A stretch of 41,485 bases of DNA from a virus (taxonomy: Duplodnaviria; Caudoviricetes). This document shows, piece after piece, positions 16,085 to 26,057 of this stretch (position 1 is its first letter; each line of letters opens with the position of its first letter). The position numbers were made by a program, and so were the translations under genes. The stretch spans positions 1 through 41,485 of the IMG/VR virus record IMGVR_UViG_3300005611_000065; one strand, written 5' to 3'. The notes below the pieces were generated by a model. The model was not told where the DNA came from. It did not search any database and saw nothing but the letters and a program-made list of their open reading frames with translations.

Positions 16085-17056
16085 CTATCTTTGCAATAGT
16101 ACGCTAGTCACAACAACACCTCTTGATACCGTTGCGTACGCCCATATCTCACCGTTATTGTCAGGTACGACAGTCGCACTTATTCCCCCGTCATCAGATG
16201 ATCTATAATAAGATTCAAGAGATGAATGTGATGTACTATTAAGAATCATTCCCCAGTATGATGATATATTCATGGATACTGTACACGCTAAGCACCTCGA
16301 TACAGGTAGGAACGGGGCCAGAGAGAATCCCATGGCGACCGCACCTGTAGCATAACCTACAACTACGACATAATCATACATGTCGCCTCTAGCAGTGAAT
16401 TGAACTATATTTCCGCTCGCATCTGTGAGAACAAATCCAATCCACCTAAGCTGATTGACACTCCCTGCAAGCAGCGTAGTGCCATCAACATCGCTGTCGA
16501 ATTGAATATCCCCTGCATCAGTCACAAAGATATTATATGTCGTATTGATAGCTGGGCTAATTATTGTTGCTGTTGTATCTGCCGGAAGTGTTAAAACCGT
16601 TGATCCGGTACTGTCGTAACAATTTCCCTTTTCTATGTTTATCGTGTCTGTGCTGTTATATGAATATTCTAGCCCTTGGATATTTTCTGTAAGATATTCA
16701 GACACTCTCGGCAATTCTCCTGTTGTCCTTATTTCCTGCCAGTCAGCCGAGACACCAGGCTCTATAGAAGTTATGTCGAGAGTATCGCTTAACAACATCC
16801 AGTATTTGTCGTCATGAGACACTGACGTTGGAACGTCGTGCGCTCCTGTCTGGCTTGACCATGGCCCGATAAAGTGCGCAGATGCAAGAACAACTTCGGT
16901 ACTTGCAAGGCCGCTGACCGCTGAATTTAGTGCTGGAATGAAATCATCTTCCCCAGTGCCTCCTATGAAATCAAGCATGTCTTGAACATTTTCGTCAAAA
17001 TCTACTTGTGTTTGACTCCTGCTAGGTACTGTTCCAATATAAGTTGGCACGCTCAT
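16085..17056 (-). CDS. Tail fibre / receptor-binding protein
   Basis: PSRSQ...FD, F.G.WSSQTGA..VP.SVSH...YW.L....EPGVS..W module; TAATG coupling with the upstream gene. Confidence 0.7.
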   Translation of the reverse strand: MSVPTYIGTVPSRSQTQVDFDENVQDMLDFIGGTGEDDFIPALNSAVSGLASTEVVLASAHFIGPWSSQTGAHDVPTSVSHDDKYWMLLSDTLDITSIEPGVSADWQEIRTTGELPRVSEYLTENIQGLEYSYNSTDTINIEKGNCYDSTGSTVLTLPADTTATIISPAINTTYNIFVTDAGDIQFDSDVDGTTLLAGSVNQLRWIGFVLTDASGNIVQFTARGDMYDYVVVVGYATGAVAMGFSLAPFLPVSRCLACTVSMNISSYWGMILNSTSHSSLESYYRSSDDGGISATVVPDNNGEIWAYATVSRGVVVTSVLLQR

Positions 17057-17988
17057 TAGATAAGCTCCTCCGCTTGTAAGCTGCAATATGATGTGTTTTT
17101 ATTTTGCAATTCTATCGTAAAATCGTTTGTAAATCCATAGATTATCGTTTCTGGAAGTGTTTCTTCACCAACAAATACCATTGGTGTAGATGTGTATTCG
17201 TATAAAACTTTTCTCACGATGTTAACTCTTGAGGTCTCAAGCAGTATTCCATACTCAACTGTTTTATAATTCTTCCGCTTTTCGATTGTTACTTCTTCGG
17301 TCTCTTCGTCTTCAACTTTCCTTGAAAAATCAATTATACCGATGTTAGTACCGTATTCAGCAACACCAACCTCAAGAAATTTACCAACTATCAGCTCTCC
17401 GACCTCGCAAACGTCTGAACCGTTTGAAAATGTAACGGTCATCACTGCGCTTGCGTATGCTGGCAGGTCAGTATAAACAAACTGCTCTTTGTTTGAAAGA
17501 GGCTGAAAAAACCAGTCATAGTATCCGCCGATATCTGACAAGTCTTTCATATCAATATCACGATTATATACTTCAGTGGTTCCGTTAACAATATTTATAT
17601 TGACAGTATCGGCAACAAGTCCAAATCCGGCCACAGAGTTGTAAATCCTGCCCGGTGTTATCTCTGTTGTTATCGTTCCAGACTGTGATGTTTTGGACTT
17701 TGTTTTTTTATCAAACATCCGCCATCTGTTTGTTGCAGATACGAGCGACCAAAAACCACTTTCATCGTCACTGTTGTATATTGTGTCAGGTGGATAATTT
17801 CCTGTATTAGCAACGGTGCAAGAATAAATATTATGGACTCCATCGTCAGTGACCATCACAAGGTCATCAATGATATAGGCAGTGGCAATATTCCACTCCG
17901 CCTCATCATTTTCAGGAACGTCAGAACTGGTCAACCTTGCATCGGTCATCTCCATAGGCGGGATGATTTCCATTATTCCAGTTGGCAT
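17056..17988 (-). CDS. Tail tip / distal tail protein
   Basis: Follows the tape measure; LTSS.VPEND..EW, ATNRW.MFD, GIIDFSRK motifs. Confidence 0.75.
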   Translation of the reverse strand: MPTGIMEIIPPMEMTDARLTSSDVPENDEAEWNIATAYIIDDLVMVTDDGVHNIYSCTVANTGNYPPDTIYNSDDESGFWSLVSATNRWRMFDKKTKSKTSQSGTITTEITPGRIYNSVAGFGLVADTVNINIVNGTTEVYNRDIDMKDLSDIGGYYDWFFQPLSNKEQFVYTDLPAYASAVMTVTFSNGSDVCEVGELIVGKFLEVGVAEYGTNIGIIDFSRKVEDEETEEVTIEKRKNYKTVEYGILLETSRVNIVRKVLYEYTSTPMVFVGEETLPETIIYGFTNDFTIELQNKNTSYCSLQAEELI

Positions 17989-17989
17989 T

Positions 17990-20900
17990 TTATGCGGCCC
18001 TCGTCTCTATTCCATCGCCCTCAATTCTGCGAAGTATTTTCCTTGTTTCGTTTGTGTTCTTTGCTATCTGAAAGTTTCCTGTCATTATGTCAGCACGTAA
18101 TAACCGTATTTCCTCAATCAGTGCGCTGTTGTCTCCGTCGCGCCCGCCTTTTATCTCAACTGGAACGCTACCGTCTCGCAATGGTATAACGGCCTCAGTT
18201 CCGTGGAGTTCAATAGGGTAGCCTTGATCCGGCCCGGAGAAAATACCACCGTATCGAGCCGCCATATCACCAGGGTCATCACCGATATTACCCATGTCAC
18301 CGTCGAATGTGTCAAGTGCGCCAGATGTTTCTGCTTCTGTCCCTGACAGGTCTCCGCTGTAGCCGCCAGGTGTATTGTCAAATTCAGTTCCGTAATCAAT
18401 ATCGTAGCCTATAGGGTCAGCAAGATCCTCAACACCTTCAGGCCCACCGTGTGCTGCCTCAACCTGTGCTTCCATTGCCGCGAAGTCTACGTTTCCGGCA
18501 AAATGGCCGAAGACCTCAGCAACGACACTTGGGAATCCAAGCTCTTCGGCTTGTTTTGTTCGGTTTGTTTGGAACTGGTCACGAACGCTTTCCATGTCTC
18601 GCATATCGGCAAGATCCATCAAACCATCAACGCCAACGGCAACAGCTAGAGCCGCGATTGCTGCCGCTGGAGCGCTTAGTGCTCCAAGCAGCCCAGCCAA
18701 AGCACCACCGAGCTTTCCGGCTGTTTGCGCTGTCTGATCTAGCCCCATTGTGTCCATCGCTGTGTCTAGTGCAGCATTTGTTATATTCGAGGCAATGTTT
18801 GCAGGACTTGTTATCGCGTCTAGTGTGGCCTCTGCACTGATACCAGTAGCTATACCAATACCACCAAGCAACCCGTCTTTACCGAACTCGTCACCTAGAT
18901 TTCCAAAGAAATCACCAAGAAAACCACCAGTCTGGTCAATTCCCTCTTGTGTGCTCAGGTCAGCCCCTAGAGCATCGGCAACGCTATCAAAAGTAGATGA
19001 TACTGTTGACTGATCTATGGAAGTATCACCATTTAACGCGTCCCTGATCCTGTCGGACTGTTCCCGTGGGATTACAATCTCTCCCTTTTGCAGAACCGCT
19101 GGAATTTCATCATGTAAGAGCGCTTGGCCGTTGTAATCACCGCCAGCGTTCATGGTTCCGTCGTGGAAGATAAAAGAAGAGGCAACATCGGCAACTTCAG
19201 CGGCTGCCCAAGCAGCGGCCATCTCTGCGATTATCTCAATCATCTTTGATAACATCGTAGTCCACAAGCTATCCCACGCCTTGCCAACGTCGTCAAACTC
19301 ACCAATGAGGACATTTTGTAGCCAGTCGCTCAAAGTTGACTCCAGGCCATCACGAAGTTTCAGAGCTGCATCATATCCTCGCTCTGCCCAGGTCTCCATT
19401 TCGTCGCCTGACTTTTTGAGGGCAAGATTTATTCCATCGAAGAAGTCGCCTGTTGCAAGTATTCTCTCGTCTTGCAGGTCTTTATACTTTTTGTTGTACC
19501 ACTCATCCACGGCGGCTTTGTCGTCTATTAACTCGTAGTACTTTTCTCTCTCGAAGCCTAGCAAAGCAACTTGGGCTTTAAAATGGTTCTGTGCCTGCCC
19601 GTCAAGGTCAGCATACATATTGCGGGCAGCGTTTGCCTTATCCATTGCGAGCCGTTCTGCTGCTTCTAGCTCTTTCTGCAACGCCTCTTCTGCTTCCTTT
19701 GCGTGCTCCTTGACAATTTGCAGTGATTCATAACGCTCGTCAGTCGTAATCCTGATAGCCTTTGCCTGTTTTTCTTCTGCTTCGATTTGCTTGTTTGTGG
19801 ATGCAGTTGTCTTTTCGACAGCGGTGGTGTACTCACCCTGAAAACCAAGCAAATTGTCAATTTCAATGATGGTCTGATGGATTTCTGCGTTTATTCTTTC
19901 CGTCTCGTTCCGATACCCCTTGGCTGTAACGCCGCCACGGGCATAACTGTTGCCGATGTTATCAAGCTCAGTCCGTAGATCAGCAAGCTTGAATTGCAAC
20001 TTGTCCACACCGGTTGCGTTGATCTTTTCCCATTCTTCCTGCCAACTGTCGCCAAATTTCGCCGCAACCGCAAGCATATGTAGTCCTTCTATAGAGTTAC
20101 CTACAAGCCCAATGGCCTTGACAGATAGCCCGGCAGCGTCAACTATTCCAGAAAACAGGCTTATAATTCCTTCACGGTTCTCCTCTATAACTTTCGCAAG
20201 TTCAAGGATAGACTCTGCAATGTTGTTTGTGGCTCCGGTTGTCTCGTTTGCACCACTAACGACTGAAGCCCAAACGGTGGAAAGATCCGTCATAGCCTGC
20301 GATACTGTGGTTTGCATCTTGGAGAACTCTTCATCAATTGAAGATGCAGCACCGCTAAATGCTTCCATCATTATCTTGCTTGTGATTTTTCCTTCTGTTG
20401 CCATGTTGCGAAGTTCGCCAATATCTACTTTCAGGTGATCTGCTAAGATTTTGGCGATACGAGAAGAGTTTTCGGTGACAGAGTTAAACTCCTCACCCCT
20501 CAAAACACCGGAAGCCATACCTTGAGAAAGCTGGAGCAGGGAAGCCGCTGCTTCTGTCTGAGTTGAGCCTGAGATTACAGTGGCCTTGTTCAGAGTCTCT
20601 GTTATTCTCAAGAGTTCAGATTGAGACGTGCCCATACTCTCGGTTGCTCTTGCGAACCGAGAATAGAGGTCAACAGATGTTGAATAGGCGGCGTGTGATT
20701 TAAGGGAGACTTCATACAAGCCTTCCTGTACTCCCATTAATTCGCTGCCAGAATCAGTTACAAGCTTGAGTTTGTTGTTGAGGAGGGTGTAGTTGTCTGC
20801 GAGTGCAAGCGTTTCTTTTACCGCCCACGCCGCGCCAACGGCTGCAAGCGTGCTTGCGAGGACTTTTGAAGCCTTTGACAATCCATCTGTGGCCTTTTCT

Positions 20901-20995
20901 GCTTTCCTAGATTGCTTCTCAAGGCCATCAAGATTTCTAGACGCTGTGACAACGCCTTTAGAGTCTACTTTTAAAACAAGATTTGCAACATCCAT
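17990..20995 (-). CDS. Tape measure protein
   Basis: 1001 aa; N-terminal QLSQG.ASGVLRGEEFNSV tape-measure domain; Ala-rich helical sequence. Confidence 0.95.
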   Translation of the reverse strand: MDVANLVLKVDSKGVVTASRNLDGLEKQSRKAEKATDGLSKASKVLASTLAAVGAAWAVKETLALADNYTLLNNKLKLVTDSGSELMGVQEGLYEVSLKSHAAYSTSVDLYSRFARATESMGTSQSELLRITETLNKATVISGSTQTEAAASLLQLSQGMASGVLRGEEFNSVTENSSRIAKILADHLKVDIGELRNMATEGKITSKIMMEAFSGAASSIDEEFSKMQTTVSQAMTDLSTVWASVVSGANETTGATNNIAESILELAKVIEENREGIISLFSGIVDAAGLSVKAIGLVGNSIEGLHMLAVAAKFGDSWQEEWEKINATGVDKLQFKLADLRTELDNIGNSYARGGVTAKGYRNETERINAEIHQTIIEIDNLLGFQGEYTTAVEKTTASTNKQIEAEEKQAKAIRITTDERYESLQIVKEHAKEAEEALQKELEAAERLAMDKANAARNMYADLDGQAQNHFKAQVALLGFEREKYYELIDDKAAVDEWYNKKYKDLQDERILATGDFFDGINLALKKSGDEMETWAERGYDAALKLRDGLESTLSDWLQNVLIGEFDDVGKAWDSLWTTMLSKMIEIIAEMAAAWAAAEVADVASSFIFHDGTMNAGGDYNGQALLHDEIPAVLQKGEIVIPREQSDRIRDALNGDTSIDQSTVSSTFDSVADALGADLSTQEGIDQTGGFLGDFFGNLGDEFGKDGLLGGIGIATGISAEATLDAITSPANIASNITNAALDTAMDTMGLDQTAQTAGKLGGALAGLLGALSAPAAAIAALAVAVGVDGLMDLADMRDMESVRDQFQTNRTKQAEELGFPSVVAEVFGHFAGNVDFAAMEAQVEAAHGGPEGVEDLADPIGYDIDYGTEFDNTPGGYSGDLSGTEAETSGALDTFDGDMGNIGDDPGDMAARYGGIFSGPDQGYPIELHGTEAVIPLRDGSVPVEIKGGRDGDNSALIEEIRLLRADIMTGNFQIAKNTNETRKILRRIEGDGIETRAA

Positions 20996-20997
20996 TG

Positions 20998-21420
20998 TCA
21001 GCCCTTTCGTCGTTTGCGGATGGTCCTGAACACTTTAAGCGTTCCAGTTGCTACCTCGTCACGTTCCGGCAATTTTTCTATCCATGGTGACGGGCAATCT
21101 CTTTTTACAGAAATTGCAGCTTGCCTACAATATTCTTTTGACATTGCACGAAGTGTTGCACACTCCCACGGATTAAGTGCAACCCCTGTTGCAGTCATCC
21201 AGTTCACTATGTCAATGTATGTAAATGGTGTTAACCCCATCCCGGAGCTGACAGCCGGGCCGATATCGGTTAGAACATCGGCCAGGTATGGATATTTTAC
21301 TTCTGGTAACTTTAAACTTTCGCCAGCGATTTCCGCCCTTGAAACTGTTGTCTTCTCAGGGACAGCCCAAACCCAGGCAAGAAATTTAGCGTAAACGATT
21401 AGCTCGTCTACGCACTCGCT
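20998..21420 (-). CDS. Tail assembly chaperone T segment (expressed by -1 frameshift)
   Basis: The frame is open from 21420 to 20998 and is -1 relative to the upstream chaperone. Confidence 0.8.
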   Translation of the reverse strand, partial: SECVDELIVYAKFLAWVWAVPEKTTVSRAEIAGESLKLPEVKYPYLADVLTDIGPAVSSGMGLTPFTYIDIVNWMTATGVALNPWECATLRAMSKEYCRQAAISVKRDCPSPWIEKLPERDEVATGTLKVFRTIRKRRKG

Positions 21421-21800
21421 AAAAAATTTGATCTATCAGCGATGAAAGAATCAATTTGCTCTTTGGCCCAAGTATGTTTTTTCAGAAACTTCAACACGTT
21501 TTCTTTGTTACACTTTGGCACTTCGTCAAACAACTCGGAATCTTCTACATTTTCCCAGTCAAGCACGCACTCTGACAAGATTTCAAGGCCGTTTGCCTCA
21601 AGGCGTTCAGCGGTTATTTTGCCGCGCCCACGACTAAGCGACCTGTTTTGCACACGGTGGCTTGCGGCCTTGTACCGTTTTGAATCGCTACCAACGACGG
21701 TCACTTTTATGTCAAGTGGTTCATCTGTTACCGGATGCCGAAGAACTACTTCAACGCCCTTGTCTGAGTTTTCTGAAAAATTAAAGCCGCTAAGATCCAT
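21408..21800 (-). CDS. Tail assembly chaperone G
   Basis: Lies between the tube and tape measure genes; LRHPVT.EP, V.G.DS..Y, W.KEQ.D.FI.DR.NF. Confidence 0.88.
   Translation of the reverse strand: MDLSGFNFSENSDKGVEVVLRHPVTDEPLDIKVTVVGSDSKRYKAASHRVQNRSLSRGRGKITAERLEANGLEILSECVLDWENVEDSELFDEVPKCNKENVLKFLKKHTWAKEQIDSFIADRSNFLASA
21420..21429 (-). other. Programmed -1 frameshift slippery site
   Basis: In-phase A AAT TTT and T TTT TTA heptamers just before the G stop. Confidence 0.8.
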
Positions 21801-21829
21801 TTGTTATCCCCTAAATGATGTTATAAAGT

Positions 21830-21855
21830 AAGGGCCGCCATTCCAAACGGCCCTT
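21830..21855 (-). terminator. Hairpin after the major tail gene
   Basis: AAGGGCCG/CGGCCCTT stem. Confidence 0.5.
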
Positions 21856-21861
21856 TTTGTT

Positions 21862-22326
21862 TTATGTTGCAGGTACTTCGATGATGTCGCCATCAATTTC
21901 GATGGTTACTGAAGAAGTTCTGATCTGGTCAACTGTTCCGGTGTTGGTGGTGTATGACATAACCATTCCGGAAAAGTTTTGAAGGGTGTTCGTGGTGTCA
22001 CCGTCATTCAAATCAACTTTGAATGATACAGGGTCATCACTATCAAGGGCAGTGACAAGAATTGCCTGACCTGCTTCGTCTGGTACTCGTGCGACCTGGA
22101 GGGCAAGGTTTCCCTCGTTGTACGCGCCTTTGCGCTTGTAGGTTTTCCTGTCTGCGAGTGGATTGTGGGTGATTAAATTGTAACTCTTTCCAAACTCAGG
22201 GATGGATATAACCTCACCGACCTCAGTCCATGAAAGTGCGGCATAACCTGCCTCGTCGTAAGTTGCTGGCTGTGCTGCGGAAACATATAGCCGAGTTCCG
22301 GCACTTGTTTGTGCATTGCTACTCAT
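21862..22326 (-). CDS. Major tail tube protein
   Basis: TSAGT.LYVSA..PATYD.AGYAAL.WTEVGE....PEFG. Confidence 0.9.
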   Translation of the reverse strand: MSSNAQTSAGTRLYVSAAQPATYDEAGYAALSWTEVGEVISIPEFGKSYNLITHNPLADRKTYKRKGAYNEGNLALQVARVPDEAGQAILVTALDSDDPVSFKVDLNDGDTTNTLQNFSGMVMSYTTNTGTVDQIRTSSVTIEIDGDIIEVPAT

Positions 22327-22712
22327 TTTATTACCTCATATTCAATTGTAACCGGGATAAAAAGTTCATCCGGCTCTTGTTGGGAGGGGCCAGCCCACCC
22401 GGTTCTGTTTATTTCTATTGTAGTAGTTCCCTCTGTAATTCTCGTGAGGCGCGGAAAAGCTGCGATAACATCATCCGCTTTCTCGCTTGCTGATATGTCA
22501 CCGCCACCAGCGGCCACAACACAGTCAATCTGGATTATTCCAATCATCCTATCAATAGACGAAATCCCCACGCTCTCGGTCTGTGCTGGCAACACTGTGA
22601 CGCGGAGATACGGAGGTTTTCCACTATAAGGGATGTTCGGCCAAGCAACATCACCAAGCCCCGCCGATGAAATCGCTTTGAAAAATCCAGTTTTGATATC
22701 TGTTAGGCTCAT
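22323..22712 (-). CDS. Tail terminator protein
   Basis: VAWPN..Y....PYLRV..LPA, GI.QID, IPVTIEY; synteny. Confidence 0.8.
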   Translation of the reverse strand: MSLTDIKTGFFKAISSAGLGDVAWPNIPYSGKPPYLRVTVLPAQTESVGISSIDRMIGIIQIDCVVAAGGGDISASEKADDVIAAFPRLTRITEGTTTIEINRTGWAGPSQQEPDELFIPVTIEYEVIK

Positions 22713-23104
22713 AATTTATTCACAGCCTTTCTGACTGATGACTGAAACTCTCTTACAGTTACCCGCAACATTCCAGAAGGTGCCTGTTTTGATTTCCGGC
22801 CATACTCAAGCCCACCGATGTACTCAAGGTTATTTGTAAGGTACAGCGTCTCGTCACCTTTTACAGAGTCCACTACGGACTGCGCTTTTTTTTCAACAAT
22901 AGATCCGATTTTGTCGCGTAACGATATAGCCCCTGATTTTGGGCTTCCTGTGCTCGGCTGCCAATTTCCTTTAGCTCTTCCAGTGTCAACAGGAGTTCTT
23001 TTAACTATGCCCTTGGTCATGTCCATGAAGGCAGCCCTTCGAACCGTGTCAATATCTTGACCAGTGCTTTCAGCCCACTTTGCAATGTCTTTTGCAAAAC
23101 TCAT
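22709..23104 (-). CDS. HK97 gp10-like neck/tail completion protein
   Basis: TPVDTGRAKGNW, NNLEY...LEYG..SKQAP.GM. Confidence 0.88.
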   Translation of the reverse strand: MSFAKDIAKWAESTGQDIDTVRRAAFMDMTKGIVKRTPVDTGRAKGNWQPSTGSPKSGAISLRDKIGSIVEKKAQSVVDSVKGDETLYLTNNLEYIGGLEYGRKSKQAPSGMLRVTVREFQSSVRKAVNKL

Positions 23105-23445
23105 GCGCGCACCTGCAATTTGTGAAAAACCTTTGTTCCGCCTGGGTTTATAGTATTTACAGCGGCAATTGAGAAGACAACGCCATCAATTACGATTTTG
23201 TCCGCTTCGGTTGGGTTAACACTTGAATCTAGCAGCACATACTTGTCGTCTTTCTGTATCAGCGTTCCATCCATTAAACCATCATTGTAGTTCCCGAGAA
23301 CTCCGGTTACTGCTGTGTCGGTTTCTGTTAAAGACGGGTTCCACTCATCACCAGATGATGAGTAGCTACGGAGTGTCATTGATTGCCCGTACTTTGAAAT
23401 CATCTTAACAGCGAGTGCGGCCATTCCTGTATATATGTCAGCCAC
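23101..23445 (-). CDS. Head closure / head-tail joining protein
   Basis: DGTLIQ.DD, PGG.....KLQVR; synteny. Confidence 0.8.
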   Translation of the reverse strand: MADIYTGMAALAVKMISKYGQSMTLRSYSSSGDEWNPSLTETDTAVTGVLGNYNDGLMDGTLIQKDDKYVLLDSSVNPTEADKIVIDGVVFSIAAVNTINPGGTKVFHKLQVRA

Positions 23446-23863
23446 GGCTCACCATAAAGCTTAAAGTTCCGGTTAAAAACTCACGAAGCAACAGTGACAA
23501 CTCTGGATACCGCTTTGTCTCAGAGGCATTTTCCATGTACTCAACCTCAAGAACGTCAATTTTTTCTCGCTTTGTAGCCCTATCAATAACAGGGAAAAGA
23601 TCCTCTCCACTGTCAATGAGCATTGCTGCCACAAGTTGCGCCTTTTTAATCTTTGCTGGCACTTCAGACGACGGGTAGCGCGGAAATTCAAGGTCTTGTG
23701 TTGATACATACTTATCACCGATGAACGGCTGAAACTCTAGCCAATCCATGGACTTAATGAGCAATTGTTCGGTGTCGCCTGATATCGTCAAGCCTCTGGC
23801 CGCCGCATATTCAACAAGTTCGGCTTCTGTGTTGTACGAGTTTTCACCAACAACGATAGCCAT
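23438..23863 (-). CDS. Head-tail adaptor (DnaT-like family)
   Basis: NSY.T.AEL..YAAARG, Q.LEFPR, P..IK.AQ, REKIDVLEVEY. Confidence 0.82.
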   Translation of the reverse strand: MAIVVGENSYNTEAELVEYAAARGLTISGDTEQLLIKSMDWLEFQPFIGDKYVSTQDLEFPRYPSSEVPAKIKKAQLVAAMLIDSGEDLFPVIDRATKREKIDVLEVEYMENASETKRYPELSLLLREFLTGTLSFMVSRG

Positions 23864-23866
23864 GGC

Positions 23867-24004
23867 TTATTCCTTTTGCTCTGGCTTGGCCTTGGCCTTT
23901 GTCTTTTGTTCCGGCTTGGCCTTGGCCTTGTTGACTGCGGCCCAATATTCTTTTTCACTTACAAGCTGACCTGGAATCAGTCCATCTTTGTTCTTCTTTT
24001 CCAT
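23867..24004 (-). CDS. Small Lys-rich protein (45 aa) with a 30-bp tandem duplication
   Basis: MEKKNKDGLIPGQLVSEKEYWAAVNKAKAKPEQKTKAKAKPEQKE; GAGG RBS. Confidence 0.6.
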   Translation of the reverse strand: MEKKNKDGLIPGQLVSEKEYWAAVNKAKAKPEQKTKAKAKPEQKE

Positions 24005-24021
24005 CGTTTTTCCTCGCTGAA

Positions 24022-24057
24022 ATAATGGCTGGCACGATTAACCATACCAGCCATTAT
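24022..24057 (-). terminator. Hairpin after the major capsid gene
   Basis: ATAATGGCTGG/CCAGCCATTAT 11-bp stem. Confidence 0.6.
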
Positions 24058-24067
24058 GTTTTTGTTG

Positions 24068-25087
24068 TTAGTTGGTGATTAAGAAAGCAAGTGGGACATT
24101 CTTTCGATCAACAACACGATCCCAAAGGGCAGCGGTCGCAAGCTCTGCAAGGGTATAAGAGAAACCGTTTGCAGGGGCAGCGGTCAAGATCTGCTGGAAT
24201 CCGAACGGATGGAGAATCCAGGTTGCACGTCTCCACAGAGTTTCAATTCCACCACCGTCACCCTGTGCGGCTTCGCGCTCAACCTCAACGGGCATGGTTG
24301 GCATACCTGCGCCATAACCAAAAGCGCCGGGGCCAAAAAGAACGGATGTATATTTGAAACCGTCAGTGCTTCCAGCGACAACAGGGAGGCCATCGTCAAC
24401 GATGATTCTGCGTCCCATGTACGCCTGATACAGCAAGCGGCCGTCACTGTCCCGAACATCTTCAGCGTCGTTCAGCTTGGCAATTTGCTTTGCCACAGCG
24501 GAGTGTACAGCTATTGCAGTTACACCGTCAACAGCATCGCCGAGAGTGAAAGCGGCTTCGACGAAAGCATCCTGACTGAAACGTGAATCTGCGTCCTGAC
24601 TTGCGATAGCCTCGGCAGCCACATCATAAACCATGTCGCCGGAATCATTTGCTACGTTGTCAGCAAGTACGCCGTTGGTGGCAGCAATCAATCGTCTTTG
24701 CCATTGACGTTGTAGATAAACGTCAGTTCGTGCGCGGATATGCTCCATTGCCTTTGGCCCCATGGCAATCTCAGTTGCCAGGTCAGAGGCAGACCAGCCT
24801 TTGTTAATAAACGCTTTTCGTGCGATCTGCTCGCCCTGGGCAACATTTACCGGGGTTGCTGAGCTGGTTGGATCGTCGCTTGAGTAGTTTACCTCATCAC
24901 TCCCATCAAGATCGTTCCAGAATGGAAGTTCTGCGGTTTTCCCGTCAGCGTTTGCCAGGTTGTTTAAAAGCGGGCTTGATGTAACAATACCGGATTCAAA
25001 GAAAGCGGTTTTCTCGGGGCCATTTACTGCGGGGAGATCCTGAAAAACTGTTACGTCAATAATGTCTGATAGTTGTACGGTTGCCAT
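24068..25087 (-). CDS. Major capsid protein
   Basis: MAT.QLSDII, TAFFESG, PFWNDLD, LHPFGF, WDRV.DRKNVPLAFLITN. Confidence 0.93.
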   Translation of the reverse strand: MATVQLSDIIDVTVFQDLPAVNGPEKTAFFESGIVTSSPLLNNLANADGKTAELPFWNDLDGSDEVNYSSDDPTSSATPVNVAQGEQIARKAFINKGWSASDLATEIAMGPKAMEHIRARTDVYLQRQWQRRLIAATNGVLADNVANDSGDMVYDVAAEAIASQDADSRFSQDAFVEAAFTLGDAVDGVTAIAVHSAVAKQIAKLNDAEDVRDSDGRLLYQAYMGRRIIVDDGLPVVAGSTDGFKYTSVLFGPGAFGYGAGMPTMPVEVEREAAQGDGGGIETLWRRATWILHPFGFQQILTAAPANGFSYTLAELATAALWDRVVDRKNVPLAFLITN

Positions 25088-25095
25088 TTTTGCAC

Positions 25096-25800
25096 CTATT
25101 TGTTATAGAAATCATCTTTTAGGCGCTGATACTTTTCAGGCTCTTTTTGCCTGATTTCTGATAACTCAGCACCGGAATACTCATTGAATTTTTTCGTTGT
25201 GGCACCGCCACCCTTACCGCCAGTGGCCCCGCCGCCCGACGCTTGTGACCCGTCTGCCAAAAACGGATACTGTTCTGCAAGATATTCTTTGAGCTGTTCG
25301 GCTGTCCATGCGTCACCGTCTGGCCCGTTTATTTTAACACCATCATCAGTATGAACGATGTGGAGTAGTGCTTCCTTTTTTAGAAGCGCTGCGCGTTTCA
25401 TGTCTTTCGTTAATGTTCCGGCAACCTCAAGTGCTGCCTGTTCGCGCAAGCCGTTTGCAACCCTGTCCCGTAGTTTTTGTAATTCGCTGGTTGCTGTTGC
25501 GCTTTTTTCCTGCTCTTTTTTCCAAAGGGCTTCAAACTCGCCTTTCTCTTGCTGCCGTTTTGCTTCTGCTTCTCGCTGGGCCTCTTCAAGTTCTGCAAGT
25601 CTTTTCTTTGCAGAGGCTCTTTCCTCGCGCTCTTTCCTGAGTGCTTCCTTTAACTCTTTTCCGTCGTCCTCTCCATCAACGTCAAGCTTGTACCTATCCC
25701 CTACTTCTTTGTAGTGGATCTTGTCATTGTCTCCTAGTGCTTCAAATTCTTCTTTGCTTACAGTGCGTTTCAAACTCATTTCAGTGACCCTCCCGGCCAT
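25096..25800 (-). CDS. Capsid scaffolding protein
   Basis: Coiled-coil with an SGGGATGG linker, upstream of the capsid gene; start at 25800 or 25779. Confidence 0.88.
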   Translation of the reverse strand: MAGRVTEMSLKRTVSKEEFEALGDNDKIHYKEVGDRYKLDVDGEDDGKELKEALRKEREERASAKKRLAELEEAQREAEAKRQQEKGEFEALWKKEQEKSATATSELQKLRDRVANGLREQAALEVAGTLTKDMKRAALLKKEALLHIVHTDDGVKINGPDGDAWTAEQLKEYLAEQYPFLADGSQASGGGATGGKGGGATTKKFNEYSGAELSEIRQKEPEKYQRLKDDFYNK

Positions 25801-25831
25801 TTTTGTACAACCCTGTTGTACTTTTTTAATG

Positions 25832-25860
25832 ATAGTATCATACTATAACATTTTTGTAAA
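25832..25860 (-). promoter_or_regulatory. Sigma70-like promoter for scaffold and capsid genes
   Basis: TTTACA-17 bp-TACTAT with TG extension; palindrome GTACAAC-AGG-GTTGTAC just downstream (25805-25821). Confidence 0.55.
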
Positions 25861-25883
25861 ATTATTAAGATAGTTCCACTTTG

Positions 25884-26057
25884 TTACTTGATAAGCTGCA
25901 ATGCTTGCGCTGGCGTGAATCCTTCACCGATCAACGCGTCAAAATTTGCTTTCCTGATCTTTGCCATATCTCCGGCCATCGAAAGCAGTTTCTCAAGGTT
26001 TTCGTTCCGTTCAAACTCTTTTTTCTTTTTAACTTCTTCGAGATTGATCTTGCTCAT
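25884..26057 (-). CDS. Small hypothetical protein (57 aa)
   Basis: MSKINLEEVKKKK...FDALIGEGFTPAQALQLIK; ATGA overlap. Confidence 0.6.
   Translation of the reverse strand: MSKINLEEVKKKKEFERNENLEKLLSMAGDMAKIRKANFDALIGEGFTPAQALQLIK

Noticed and set aside
18449-21029. Long + strand ORFs opposite the tape measure gene (and similar ones opposite other structural genes)
   Set aside because: Antisense shadows of real genes, with no RBS or recognisable motifs.
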